Source of the DNA: Limisphaerales bacterium
Lineage (GTDB): Bacteria; Verrucomicrobiota; Verrucomicrobiia; Limisphaerales; JADJPG01
Length of the DNA stretch: 64,000 nucleotides
Reading direction: 5' to 3'
NCBI GenBank assembly: GCA_044229355.1
Contig: JBGATF010000005.1
Span: 309,161 to 373,160, forward strand
The notes under the pieces were generated by a model that was given only the letters and a program-made list of their open reading frames with translations, was not told the origin of the DNA and did not search any database. Numbering within the stretch: position 1 is the stretch's first letter; each line of letters opens with the position of its first letter. This document shows, piece by piece, positions 28,001 to 37,673 of the stretch. Position numbers and translations under genes: made by a program.

Positions 28001-30991
28001 CAGCCCGCCGGCACTGCCAATCACCGGCATGTCCAGGAAGTTGGTGTCCATGAAATTCAGCCGGGCCCGGTACCAATGCTTCTTCCACGTGACCTCGTCG
28101 AGATAGGTCCCGCTCCCGCTGCCGTTGGTCCCGCGAGTCGTGACATTCCAGCGGGCGCGCTCGCGCGGCTGGGCGTCCTTGAGCTGGTTATAGAGCTCGT
28201 CGATTCGCTTCATGATGTTGTCCGTCGAGAGCGAACGACCGGGCTGGCGCTCGGCCTGATAGCGGTCGATCCAGGCCTGCCAGAAGTCCGGGGCGCGCAG
28301 CAGCGTTCCCCACCACGGCGCGAAGTTGAAGAAGTCCGTGCCGAAGTCGCCGGTTTGCGATCGCCAGGTGCGCGGATTGGCGTCACGGCCGTCGGTGGAG
28401 CCTTGCGTCCGATCGTAGTCCCAAGCCGGGCCGTATTCGATGCGCTTGTTGCGGTCCTTGAACAGATACCCGCTCAGTCGCAGGGCATCCACGTTGAACG
28501 TGAGGACCTCGTGCACATGGCGGCGGACCCATGACTCGGGGTCAATGTAGTACGAGTAATGGTTCGTGTTGGGCGCTCCGCCCGCCAGCGTTGCGTTCGT
28601 GAGGTTGGCCCCGTTCAGTCCGGCGGCAAACGCATTGAAGTAACTCTGCACATAGGCGCGCTGCGGAGCGCGCACCGCGTTGGTCCAGTCGGTCCAGCCC
28701 GGCTCCAACGGATTGAGCGCGCCGCCGGTCACGCTGACCGTGCCTTTGCCGGCGTCGGTCCGGTCGATGCTCAAGAGGTAGCCTCCGGTCACCTCGGGAT
28801 AGTTGACGTGCTCCGGCTCGAGCTTCTGGATGTCGACGCGATTCTTGTCGCGCTTGATCTTTTCCTCCAGCACGTAGATGCCGTGGTAGTCGCCGTTGGC
28901 GGAGGTGAACCCCGACGAGGTGATGGGGCCGGGATTGCCCGTGTCGTCCTTGAGAAACAGCTCCACGAACTGGTAGCGGGACGCGTATTCGCCGCCGTCG
29001 CGGGCCAGTTGATGGGCGAGGGGATTGTGGAACAGCGCCGGCTCGAAACCGTTGGGCGCATACAGAACCCAGTCGGATTCCGCGGGTAGCCCCAACAACG
29101 GGACGGCCCGGTCGTCATCGAGTTCGTCCCGCACCTCCAGGAAGAACGCGGCCTTGCCGGCGGAGCTGGTCTGGGTGCTGGAGCCGCGGGTGTGCATGAT
29201 GCCGCGCGCCGACAGCGTCGGCTGGTTGGTCATCGACGCCACCCCGCACGGATTTTCAAACGTCTGCAGGTAGACCCAACGTTCGCCGGTGGCCGAGCTG
29301 TCCGCGGGGAAAACGCCCTGGCCGAAATTGTGCACGATCATGATCGGCAGCTCAGAGGCGAAATTGAGGACGTTCGTTTGCGTGGTCAGGGCGAGGTACG
29401 CCTTGCTGACGATGGGCCCGGGCAACTCGCCCGGAGCAAAGGCCCGGGCGCGAATCACGGTGCTGGCGTTCACCCGAATCGGGGTGGTGTAACGAAACGA
29501 CGTGGCGCTGACATTGGAGCCCGGCAGGTTGGTGCCAAAGCTGTAAAAGATCGCCGAGGGGACTCCCGGCGTGCTCAGCACCAGGTCGAACGGCTGATTG
29601 GTCGGGAACGTGCCGTGGTCGCGCGAAAAGGTGACCGACGGGGAAATGCCGCTGCCGCTCGTCGCGTTAGCCGCCCGCGGCGTCGGCGTTTGAAAGTAGC
29701 CCGTGATGGATGGGTTCAGCCGGTCGCGCCCATAGGAGACGTCGGAGGTCTGTGCCGGGTAGGTCGGGGAAAACGCAGAGATGACATTTGTCTGCGGGTC
29801 GACCAGGGCGAGATATTCCCCCGTGTTGTTGAGCTGAAAGCTCGTGTGCAAAAAGGCCGGGTTGTTCGTCTCGTTGCGCCCGGAGGCAAACACCACGAGG
29901 TACTGCCCGGCGTCAATCGTCCGCGCGGGAAAGCGCCACTTGGTCAAATTCGCCGGATCATCGGTCAGATACCAGCCGAGCAGGTCGCCCGTGGACTGTC
30001 CCGGGTTGTAGATTTCGATCCAGTCGGATTGATTTCCGTAATTGTCGTTCAGCGTCCGGGTGTTTTGAGCCATGAATTCGCTGATCAGGAACGTGGACGG
30101 AAGAATGTTGGGGTTGACGATGTAGGTCCAGGAGGCACCGGCGAACGCGTTCGGTGCGGGCGCCAGATCGGTGATTCCGTGCCCGCTGGCGAAGGCCACG
30201 GTCACGGCGCCGGTCGGCGGGGGCGGAAAGGTGAAGATGAACTGGCCAGGAACGCCAAAAACGATATTGGTCGCGGGCTGGCCGTTGATCAACAAGTCGG
30301 CGGCGTCGACGCCCTGGACCGGCTCATTGAAGATCAGCTCGATCGAATCCAGGGAGCGCACGATGCCATTGGCCGGCGGCCCGATCGTCTGGAGAACCGG
30401 CGCTTGGGTGTCCGCCTCCGCCGTCAGTTGCATCGCAAAGCTGATGTCCGAACTCGTGCCGTTACCTTGATGCATCTCAACGGCAATGACGTTGTTGCCC
30501 GCCTGCAACGCCCCCACCGGGATGGTCACGGTCTCGGGCGAGTAGTCGCTGGCCGTCGTGGCCAGGGTGGCGCCGGTCACAGGCCCGTCCGGCAGATTGA
30601 TCCGGTAAACTTCGACTCCGTTGACATAGACGGCCGCGCCGTCGTCATAAACGAGCGTCATGCTCACCGAACTGAACGCGGCCGGGTTGGAAATGTTAAT
30701 CGACTTGCGAAACCACGTGGTGATGAACTTGTTGTTGGAATCCGGGCCGAAGCTGACCACGGTCGTCTCATCGCTGTCGCCATAGCCCAATTCGGCCGCG
30801 CCCGTCTTCCACGCGCTGTCGTCGAAGCCGGCGCCCGTCCAGCTGGGCAGCGGGTCGATGCCCGTATCCAGGTAGCTCCAGGTGGCATTTAATGGAATGA
30901 GGGTCTGGACTTGCGCGCGCGCGTCGGGCGCAGCGGCGAGGGCCAGGACGGCAGCAAGACCGGTCAACGACACGGTGAATTTGGTCTTCAT
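25028..30991 (-). CDS. Giant secreted CotH / LTD / Ig protein, tandem paralog A
   Basis: Signal peptide ending ARA-Q; jelly-roll-like N-domain (FDDSAW..G.AELGYG, DDGAAVYVNG); LTDs; CotH (RGSS, GIYVLEEKIK, WDYDR); IYTLDGTDP; Ig; DLDGDG; ends RYYRLVTP. Confidence 0.9.
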   Translation of the reverse strand: MKTKFTVSLTGLAAVLALAAAPDARAQVQTLIPLNATWSYLDTGIDPLPSWTGAGFDDSAWKTGAAELGYGDSDETTVVSFGPDSNNKFITTWFRKSINISNPAAFSSVSMTLVYDDGAAVYVNGVEVYRINLPDGPVTGATLATTASDYSPETVTIPVGALQAGNNVIAVEMHQGNGTSSDISFAMQLTAEADTQAPVLQTIGPPANGIVRSLDSIELIFNEPVQGVDAADLLINGQPATNIVFGVPGQFIFTFPPPPTGAVTVAFASGHGITDLAPAPNAFAGASWTYIVNPNILPSTFLISEFMAQNTRTLNDNYGNQSDWIEIYNPGQSTGDLLGWYLTDDPANLTKWRFPARTIDAGQYLVVFASGRNETNNPAFLHTSFQLNNTGEYLALVDPQTNVISAFSPTYPAQTSDVSYGRDRLNPSITGYFQTPTPRAANATSGSGISPSVTFSRDHGTFPTNQPFDLVLSTPGVPSAIFYSFGTNLPGSNVSATSFRYTTPIRVNASTVIRARAFAPGELPGPIVSKAYLALTTQTNVLNFASELPIMIVHNFGQGVFPADSSATGERWVYLQTFENPCGVASMTNQPTLSARGIMHTRGSSTQTSSAGKAAFFLEVRDELDDDRAVPLLGLPAESDWVLYAPNGFEPALFHNPLAHQLARDGGEYASRYQFVELFLKDDTGNPGPITSSGFTSANGDYHGIYVLEEKIKRDKNRVDIQKLEPEHVNYPEVTGGYLLSIDRTDAGKGTVSVTGGALNPLEPGWTDWTNAVRAPQRAYVQSYFNAFAAGLNGANLTNATLAGGAPNTNHYSYYIDPESWVRRHVHEVLTFNVDALRLSGYLFKDRNKRIEYGPAWDYDRTQGSTDGRDANPRTWRSQTGDFGTDFFNFAPWWGTLLRAPDFWQAWIDRYQAERQPGRSLSTDNIMKRIDELYNQLKDAQPRERARWNVTTRGTNGSGSGTYLDEVTWKKHWYRARLNFMDTNFLDMPVIGSAGGLVTPGTQVTLIPAGKPGSSIIYTLDGTDPRLPNGFVSPTALSNNAPVTVTINGNVRIVARSYNPSHKNLTGPNNPPINSIWSGPSARTFYTATPALRITEIMYNPPAAPAGNTNDADNFEYIEVRNTDTAPLNVNGFRLRGGVDFDFPNVTLAPGEYAVIVRHAAAFASRYGAAPRILGVYTNDNLANDSDHIVLEGRAHEPILDFTYKDGWYPTTDGAGFSLVIRNDALPTASWDDAGSWRPSANLSGNPGAADAGDPAIAPILVNEILTHTDPLPNDAVELHNPTGADVNVGNWYLTDDFGTPKKYRIPAGTVIAAGGYLVLNQGDTFGVGPNAFAFGGKGDQVYLFSADADGALTGYVHGWDFGAQASGATFGRFVNSTGSDQFVTQVSPTLGAANAGPLVGPIVISEINYHPPDVLLGRGPVDNCIDEYIELHNNSSSPVELSSTTNSWRLRDAVDYEFPPGTTIPAGAYVLVVPIDPTDPAQADAFRARNNVPAQVALYGPFSGQLDNSTDSVELVRPDVPDTNSVPYIVVDKVRYTDTTPWPAAADGIGPSLQRRNLAAYGNDAGNWVAAARTAGAGFGGGNPPVIAQQPIDSTVLATLTATFSVIATGPGPFTYQWRYNGSPIPGETSSILALANVAPEQAGLYSVAVLNASGAALSQDARLTVQIPASIVSHPQSVFVRIKPDAQAAPTTNATFAVGATTLNPPLSYQWRFNGAEIPGATANTYTVVNVTTNDYGALSCAVTDAIGTIYSSNAVLYPVIQVGIAQQPAVSNIVAPGTLVGLSCVVTGYPPPFYFQWRRGSVPLALFANDAPVSVFTVFATNPPGQNVQYRAVVTNAFFISPGFATAFANITTATDTDGDRILDSVEDATPHLDKNNPADAQGDLDGDGMSNLAETIAGTDPNDPTSYLRVVATTGPGPLQVQFNAKAGRTYVIQYTDNLPSGSWTRLAEVPSGTADRAVTVGDPAGNASRYYRLVTPGPAPAP

Positions 30992-31207
30992 GGGGGGGCG
31001 GCGGATTCTGACTCTACAGCTTGGGTTGGGAAGGCTGGGCGCTCACGGTCCTGCGGGAGGCTCCAACCCAGGCTTCGCGGGGCGACAGCACGGACGAATC
31101 GGCGAGGCGCCTGATCAATCCAGGAACGTCAAAACCCAAGCCCGGGCAAGACATGCCAGAGTACAGCAACGTCATAGGCAGCTTCCGTAGTGGAGTGGAC
31201 ACCGGGG

Positions 31208-31236
31208 TATATAGGCGACAACTGCCCGCGGGACAA
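31208..31236 (-). promoter_or_regulatory. Putative sigma70 promoter of paralog A (TTGTCC-N17-TATATA)
   Basis: Exact 17-nt spacing; the same layout is conserved upstream of paralog B. Confidence 0.65.
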
Positions 31237-31456
31237 CAAAAATTCCGATCGCCACCGGGGAACCACTGAACGTCGGCTCGCGCTCCGGACGGTTCCGGTC
31301 CTACAGCAAACAAGGCGGACGGGCGATGAGCCACGAACCCGGGGTGCGGGGTTCATTTTTGAATGGTGACTGGAGATATTTGATTCGGGATGTCCGCGTC
31401 CGACCATCCGCGCTCGTGAATCAATACTCGTCAATCAGAGCTGTCCTGAGCTCAGC

Positions 31457-31493
31457 AAAAGCAAAACCGCCGCCGGGCTGACCCGGCGGCGGT
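31457..31493 (-). terminator. Intrinsic terminator of paralog B
   Basis: Minus strand ACCGCCGCCGGG-TCAG-CCCGGCGGCGGT-TTTGCTTTT: perfect 12-bp stem plus U tract. Confidence 0.85.
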
Positions 31494-31549
31494 CGCGGAA
31501 TCGGTTTCCAGTTTGGGTTACCGGTGATGCTGAGCCCTTGTCCCGGGCT

Positions 31550-34500
31550 TCATTGGGCCGGAGCCGGCCCCGGCGTCACCAGGCGATAATACCGGCCGGG
31601 GCGGCCGGTTGCATCGTCGAGGGTCACCGTGCGGTCGCTGGCGCCGGTCGGGACGTCGGCCAGGCGCGCCCAGATGCTGGCGGAGAGGCTGTCGGAATAT
31701 TCCACCACGTACGTGTGCTGGGCCTTGGCCTCGAACTGAACCCGGACGGCCCCGGTGACCGGCGAAACGCTGACGCGCAGGTAACTGCTGGAATCGTTGG
31801 GGTTCGTGCCGGCGATGATTTCCTCGAGGTTCGTCATGCCGTCCCCGTCGAAATCTCCGGAGGCGTCGGCCGGGTTGTTTTTGTCGAGACCCGGCGTGGC
31901 ATCCTCAACCGCGTCGAGGATTAGGTCCCCGTCCGTGTCGACAGACGTGGTGACGTTGGCGAAGGCCGAGGCGAAGCCGGGCTGGGTGAAGAACGCGTTC
32001 GTGACCACCGCGCGGTATTGGACGTTTTGTCCAGGAGGGTTGGTGGCGTGGAGGGTGTAAACGCTGACGGGAGCGTCATTGGTCTGGACGGCGATTGTCA
32101 CGGAGCCGCGGCGCCATTGGAACATGTAGGGCGGGGGGTATCCGGTGACGACGCAGCTCAAGCCGACCAGGCTGCCTTGCGCGACGATGTTGGAGAGGGC
32201 GGGTTGCTGCGCGATGCCTACTTGAATGACCGGGTAGAGCACGGCATTCGAGCTGTAGATGGTCCCGATGGTATCGGAGACAGCGCACGAGTAAGCGCCA
32301 TAGTTGTTCGTCTTCACATCCACCACCGTGTAGGTGCTGGCATTGGCGCCGGGAATGTTCGCCCCGTTGAACCGCCACTGGTACGAAAGCGGCGGATTGA
32401 GCGTCGTGACGCCGACGGCAAACGTGGCGTTTGTGGTTGGCGCCGCCAGTGCATCGGGCTTGATGCGCACGAAGACACTTTGTGGATGCGAGACGATGTT
32501 AGCCGGGATAAGTACGGTCAGCCGTGCTTCCTCGCTGATGACGGCGCCCGACGAGTTCAGAACTGCGACGGAATAGAGACCGGCCTGTGAGGTCAGCGCC
32601 CCCGGAATGCTAAGGATCGAGCTGGTTTCGCCCGGGATCGGTGTGCCATTGAAACGCCATTGGTAGGTCAACGGGCCAGGTCCGGTGGCGATGACACTGA
32701 AGCTCGTGGACAGTGACGCGATGACCGTGGCATCGATCGGTTGTCGCGTGATGGTCGGCGCAAGCCCGCCACCATAGCCGGCGCCGGGCGTTCGTCCGGC
32801 CGCCACCCAATTGCCCGGGTCGTTCCCGTAGCCCGCGAGATTACGCCGTTGGAGCGAAGGCCCGAGCCCGTCGGCCGCCGCGGGCCAGGGGGCGGTCTGA
32901 GTGTAGCGCACCTTGTCGACGAGCAGATACGGCACCGAAGTGGTGTCGGGCACATCCGGCCGGACCAATTCGATGCTGTCGGTCGAGTTGTCCAGCTGTC
33001 CCGAAAAGGGTCCGAAAAGTTGAACTTCAGCCGGGACACCATTGCGTGCGCGGAACGCCGCCGCCCGGCCCGGATCGCTGGGGTCAATCTGCACCACGAG
33101 GATATAGCCGTGGGGCGGAATGGTCGTGCCGATCGGGAATTCATAATCCACGGCATCGCGCAACCGCCAGCTGTTGGTCGTGCTGAAGAGCGCGACGGAA
33201 GCGTCGGAATTGTTGTGCAGCTCGATATATTCATCGATGCAGTTGTCGACCGGGCCGCGCCCAAGCAGAATATCGACGGGGTGATATTGCACTTCGCTGA
33301 TGACAATGGGTCCAACCAGGGGGCCGGAATTGGCTGAGCCCAGGGTCGGGGAAACCTGGGTTGGGAATTGTTCGGAGCTGGCGCTGTTGACGTAACGCCC
33401 AAACGTGGCGCCGCTGGCTTGCGCGCCGAAATCAAACCCATGCACGTAGCCGGTCAAATTTCCGGCCTCGTCACCGGAGTAGAGATAAACCTCATCGCCT
33501 TTGGCTCCGAACGAGAATGCATTGGGCCCGATTCCAAACGAGTTGCTTTGGTAGAGCACGACATAGCCACCGGCGGGAACGACGGTGCCGGCCGGCAAGC
33601 GGTATTTTTTTGGCGAGTTGAAATCGTCCGTGAGGTACCACGAGCCGATGTCGACCGCCGCGCCGGTCGGGTTGTAAAGCTCGACGGCGTCTCCGGGGTT
33701 GGGGTCGGTGTGCGTGAGAATCTCGTTGATGACAATTCCGGCGACGATGCGTTCGCCCGGGTCGGCGGCGCCCGGCGTTCCGTTCGGCGTGCCGCTGGGC
33801 CGCCAACTGGCGGGGTCACCCCAGGCCGAGGTGGGGAACTGATCATTGCGAATGACCAGGGAGAAGCCCGCACCATCCGTGGATCGGAACCACTGATCGG
33901 TATAGGTGAAGTCGATAATGGCTTCCCCAAGGCGTCCGATGAGCACGAGGTGGTCGGAGTCGTTCGCCAGGTTGTCATTGGTGTAAACGCCCAGAATGCG
34001 GGGGGCCGGACCGTAGACCGAGGCGAATGAGCCGGCATTTTTGACAATGACGGCATACTCACCCGCGGCGAGCGTCACGCTCGGGAAATCGAAGTCGACG
34101 CCGCCGCGGAGGCGGAAGCCGCCGACGTTGAGCGGCTGATCGCTGGTGTTGCGGAACTCGACATATTCGAAGTTGTCCGCGTCGTTCGTGTTACCGGCCG
34201 GCGGGTTCGCGGGGTGATACATGACCTCGGTGATGCGCAAGGGCGGAACGCTCAGGTAATAACTGCCCGCCACCGGCCCGGACCAGAAGCTGTTCAAGAG
34301 CGGCTTGCCGACTTCGTTGCCGCGGTTCACCAGATTCGAGTGGCCCGAATTGTAACTCCGCGCATAGAGCCAGATGTTGCTCGTCACGTTCAGGTCCAGC
34401 GGGCCGGCACTGAGAATCGCTGTGGGCGAAATGGCGCCACCTGGCAGCCGCGGATCCGTGCCGTCGAGCGTGTAGTAGATAACGGATCCCACTTCTCCGG

Positions 34501-37120
34501 CAGGCAGGACCGTGACGCTCGTGCCCGCAGTGACCTGGCCGCTCCCGCGGCTGAGGGTCGGCATGGCCACGAAATTGGTGTCCATGAAGTTGAGCCGATC
34601 CAGCAGCCATTTCTTTTGGAAGGCGACCTCGTTCGTGAACCGGCCGCGACCGAAATTGTCGTTCGGACCGAAATCGAAGGTGTAGCCGTTTACCGTCTGC
34701 AGACCGGATCGGGGCCAGGTGAAATTGGCCGACCCGCCCCATTTCGCCTGCTCGCGCACCTGGGCCTCTTTGATCTCGTTATAGAAGTCATCGACCATCC
34801 CCACGATGGAGTTGTTTGAGAACTGGTTGGTGCGCAGCTGCTCGTAACGATCGATAAACCTCTGCCAGAAGTTTGGGTCGCGGAACAAAGCCCGGAACCA
34901 GTTCACGCCCACGTTGGAGACGCCGAAGAAGTCGGTGCCGTTGTCGGTGTTCACGTCCGTCGCAGGCAGTCGCCAGAAGAGTGGGCTGAAGGCCCGGTTG
35001 TCGGCATTTGGCGTGGTCGTGCCGCCCGTGCCGAGGCAGCGGTCGCAGTCCCACAGGGGTCCCTGCATCAGCCGGCCGTCGATGGTGTCGCGATCCTTGT
35101 AGATGTAGCCGCTCAGCCGGTAACCATCGACGTTAAACGGGATGATATTGGCGATGAGATTATCGACCCACTGGTCCGGGTCGATGAACTTGGCGTAACC
35201 GGTGACTGGGTTGGTGTAGGTCGCGCTGGCGAGATTCGTCACGAATGCTCCGATGAAGCCTTTGAAATAGTTGGCCTGGGCGACCAGCCGGGGATCCGTG
35301 GTGCCTTGCAGGATCTTTGGCTCCTCGAGGTTGATTGGCGCCGGCGTGTTGCCCACGGTGCCGACCCCGGGCACCGGGCTGGCCACGCCGGTCGGAGTCC
35401 AGTTGTAGTAAACCCCCGTGCGATCGATCTTCGCCATGTAACCTCCCGTGATCGCCGGCGAGTTGGTCTGGTCAGGCTCCAGGCGGGCGATATCGAGCCG
35501 ATCCTTGCCCTGCTTGGGCGTCTCAACCGCGAGATAGAGGCCGAAGTAATCGTTGGTGGTCACCGGCCCAGCGTTGATCTTGCGGAAGACCTCCACATAT
35601 CGCGTCCGAGGTGAGGTCTGGCTGGGCAATTGCCGTCCCAGCCAGTAGAAAATCGCATTGTGCATCAGGCCCGGATCGAACTGGTTGATGCCGTAAAGCA
35701 CCCAGTCCGAATCGCTCGGCATGCCGGCGAAGCTATGGCTGTCGTCCTGATTGAACTCGTCCCAGAACTCCAGGCGATAATTGGACTTGGCGTTGCCGAG
35801 AGTGCTGGAACCGCGGATATGAAAGCCCATGCGCGTGGCGACGTCAGGCGAGTTCGTAATCGAAATGCGTTCACAGTCGGCGTCGAAGATCATCATCATG
35901 CCGGCCTGCGTGGTGGAGGGGACGGCGCTTCCATTCAGGTTGTGGACAATGCAAATCGGTAGCTCCGAGGTGAAATCCCGCACGTTGGCCGCAATCTCGA
36001 TGAAGATCTCTGTCTTCGGCTCGCCGGGGAGGAGACCGTTTTCAAAAACCCGCGCCCGTACCTGGCACGAAGTGGTTATCGTAATAGGACCGGTGTAGAG
36101 CGGCGAGCTGGCTGTCGGGACATTGGTCAACGACGCGGCAGCCTGGGTCGCGTTGGTGATCAGAATGTAGCGAATCGATCCGCTGCCCGAGGCGGTGGAC
36201 AGAGCCAGTTGAAACGGTGAGTCAAACGTGCCGCTCTTCTTCGAGAAAATGACGTCGGAGGCAAACCCTTGCGACCCGCTCGTGGCGTTGGCCGCCCGCG
36301 GCGTCGGCGTCGAGTAGTAACCTGCGATGGTCGGGTCCAGGCGATCCCGCCCGTAGGAGACATCCGCCTGTTGAGGTGGATAGACCGGAGAGAATGCCGA
36401 CACAATCGTCGATCCGTTCGGCAGGACCAAAGCCAGATATTCGCCGTTCTTCGACAGCTGGAAGTCCGTGTGCAACGACGAAAGATCCGTCTTGCGATTC
36501 TTCCCGGACGCCCAAACGAGCAGGTAGCCATTTCCCGGAATTTCCACGGGCACGTTGGTCGGAAACTGCCAGCCGCGCAGCGCGGCGGCGTTGTCGGTCA
36601 GATACCAGCCCGACAGGTTGATGGGCGTGGCAGCCGCATTATAGATCTCGATCCAATCCTGGCGGCTCCCGTCCTCATCGCGGATGCCATTTTGATTGTC
36701 GGCCATGAACTCATTAATTCGAACCTGGGCAAAGGGGGCATTGGGATCGAGGGTGTACGTCCAGCTGCCTCCCGCGAAATCGTTGGCGGGCGCGTCGAGG
36801 TCAGTGATGCCGTGAGCCGGGGCCCAAGCGACGGTGACGGTTCCGGTGGCAGGCTGGGGAAACTCAAACACGTATTGCCCATCGACGCCGAAGGAAAGAT
36901 TCACGGCCGGCGTGCCGTTGATCAGAAGATCGCCGGCGTCCACGTTTTGGACCGGCTGATCAAAGATTACTTCCACCTGACTCAGTTCCGCGACCACGGT
37001 CGCAGGGGCCGGGTTGGTGACGGCAACCGTCGGCGCGGCGCCGCGGGCACGAGGCGTGGCAACGAGGAACAATAAACTGGCCAAGGCAACAAATAATCCG
37101 TGGCTGCGCAGGTATTTCAT
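31550..37120 (-). CDS. Giant secreted CotH / LTD / Ig protein, tandem paralog B
   Basis: Signal peptide MKYLRSHGLFVALASLLFLVATPRARG (ATG 37120); CotH (RGSS, GLYLAVE, WDCDR); C-terminal half closely similar to paralog A; ends RYYRLVTP. Confidence 0.9.
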   Translation of the reverse strand: MKYLRSHGLFVALASLLFLVATPRARGAAPTVAVTNPAPATVVAELSQVEVIFDQPVQNVDAGDLLINGTPAVNLSFGVDGQYVFEFPQPATGTVTVAWAPAHGITDLDAPANDFAGGSWTYTLDPNAPFAQVRINEFMADNQNGIRDEDGSRQDWIEIYNAAATPINLSGWYLTDNAAALRGWQFPTNVPVEIPGNGYLLVWASGKNRKTDLSSLHTDFQLSKNGEYLALVLPNGSTIVSAFSPVYPPQQADVSYGRDRLDPTIAGYYSTPTPRAANATSGSQGFASDVIFSKKSGTFDSPFQLALSTASGSGSIRYILITNATQAAASLTNVPTASSPLYTGPITITTSCQVRARVFENGLLPGEPKTEIFIEIAANVRDFTSELPICIVHNLNGSAVPSTTQAGMMMIFDADCERISITNSPDVATRMGFHIRGSSTLGNAKSNYRLEFWDEFNQDDSHSFAGMPSDSDWVLYGINQFDPGLMHNAIFYWLGRQLPSQTSPRTRYVEVFRKINAGPVTTNDYFGLYLAVETPKQGKDRLDIARLEPDQTNSPAITGGYMAKIDRTGVYYNWTPTGVASPVPGVGTVGNTPAPINLEEPKILQGTTDPRLVAQANYFKGFIGAFVTNLASATYTNPVTGYAKFIDPDQWVDNLIANIIPFNVDGYRLSGYIYKDRDTIDGRLMQGPLWDCDRCLGTGGTTTPNADNRAFSPLFWRLPATDVNTDNGTDFFGVSNVGVNWFRALFRDPNFWQRFIDRYEQLRTNQFSNNSIVGMVDDFYNEIKEAQVREQAKWGGSANFTWPRSGLQTVNGYTFDFGPNDNFGRGRFTNEVAFQKKWLLDRLNFMDTNFVAMPTLSRGSGQVTAGTSVTVLPAGEVGSVIYYTLDGTDPRLPGGAISPTAILSAGPLDLNVTSNIWLYARSYNSGHSNLVNRGNEVGKPLLNSFWSGPVAGSYYLSVPPLRITEVMYHPANPPAGNTNDADNFEYVEFRNTSDQPLNVGGFRLRGGVDFDFPSVTLAAGEYAVIVKNAGSFASVYGPAPRILGVYTNDNLANDSDHLVLIGRLGEAIIDFTYTDQWFRSTDGAGFSLVIRNDQFPTSAWGDPASWRPSGTPNGTPGAADPGERIVAGIVINEILTHTDPNPGDAVELYNPTGAAVDIGSWYLTDDFNSPKKYRLPAGTVVPAGGYVVLYQSNSFGIGPNAFSFGAKGDEVYLYSGDEAGNLTGYVHGFDFGAQASGATFGRYVNSASSEQFPTQVSPTLGSANSGPLVGPIVISEVQYHPVDILLGRGPVDNCIDEYIELHNNSDASVALFSTTNSWRLRDAVDYEFPIGTTIPPHGYILVVQIDPSDPGRAAAFRARNGVPAEVQLFGPFSGQLDNSTDSIELVRPDVPDTTSVPYLLVDKVRYTQTAPWPAAADGLGPSLQRRNLAGYGNDPGNWVAAGRTPGAGYGGGLAPTITRQPIDATVIASLSTSFSVIATGPGPLTYQWRFNGTPIPGETSSILSIPGALTSQAGLYSVAVLNSSGAVISEEARLTVLIPANIVSHPQSVFVRIKPDALAAPTTNATFAVGVTTLNPPLSYQWRFNGANIPGANASTYTVVDVKTNNYGAYSCAVSDTIGTIYSSNAVLYPVIQVGIAQQPALSNIVAQGSLVGLSCVVTGYPPPYMFQWRRGSVTIAVQTNDAPVSVYTLHATNPPGQNVQYRAVVTNAFFTQPGFASAFANVTTSVDTDGDLILDAVEDATPGLDKNNPADASGDFDGDGMTNLEEIIAGTNPNDSSSYLRVSVSPVTGAVRVQFEAKAQHTYVVEYSDSLSASIWARLADVPTGASDRTVTLDDATGRPGRYYRLVTPGPAPAQ

Positions 37121-37368
37121 GTGAGTTGAGGGGTTTGCAATGCGGCCCGGGCTGGACCGTTTCTGGGGCCACACAGGGCCGGAACCATGTTGGACACGCC
37201 TCGGGACTGCTTCAGAGCCGGCGGAGGACAAGGACCTTGCAGATGCTGCTGGTCCCGGATACCCGCGCCCATCTCCGCCATTCCCATCTGCCGATCCCTT
37301 CCGTGAAGGGACTTGCGAGAGTACGACAATAGCATACGACGTGTTTAGCGACCGTGTGGACACACTTT

Positions 37369-37397
37369 TACATAGGCCATCACGGGCGAGTGGACAA
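37369..37397 (-). promoter_or_regulatory. Putative sigma70 promoter of paralog B (TTGTCC-N17-TATGTA)
   Basis: Same -35 hexamer and spacing as 31208-31236. Confidence 0.65.
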
Positions 37398-37456
37398 TAC
37401 TTAAAATTCCAGGTCCTCCCGGGCCGCACAGAAAAAGTTCGGATTGGAGGTGGCTT

Positions 37457-37599
37457 TGTCCGATGTCCGGACCGCAGGCATTTTGCCCGCAGCGGCTGGA
37501 ACCGGCGGCCCCAGAGTAAAGTTCGAGCCGCGTGACCGCTTTGGGCCGGTGCGGATTCCGCGATGGCGGGATCCGCGCCCCGGGCCGACAACTTCGGGA
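37457..37599. repeat. REP/MITE-like element, family A
   Basis: GTCCGATGTCCGGACCGCAGGCATTTTGCCCGCAGC...GCCGACAACTTCGGGA aligns with 13187-13322. Confidence 0.75.
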
Positions 37600-37673
37600 G
37601 GCAACTGCCTGCAAAAGGACGCATTGTGTGGGCTTGCCTTTGGGGGCCCGGCCACGTTAGCCATAAGCCGAAA

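Noticed and set aside
25028-34300. Paralog A/B similarity as a DGR template/variable repeat or an assembly duplication
   Set aside because: No reverse transcriptase; differences are largely synonymous, spread out and not adenine-specific, which fits an old duplication
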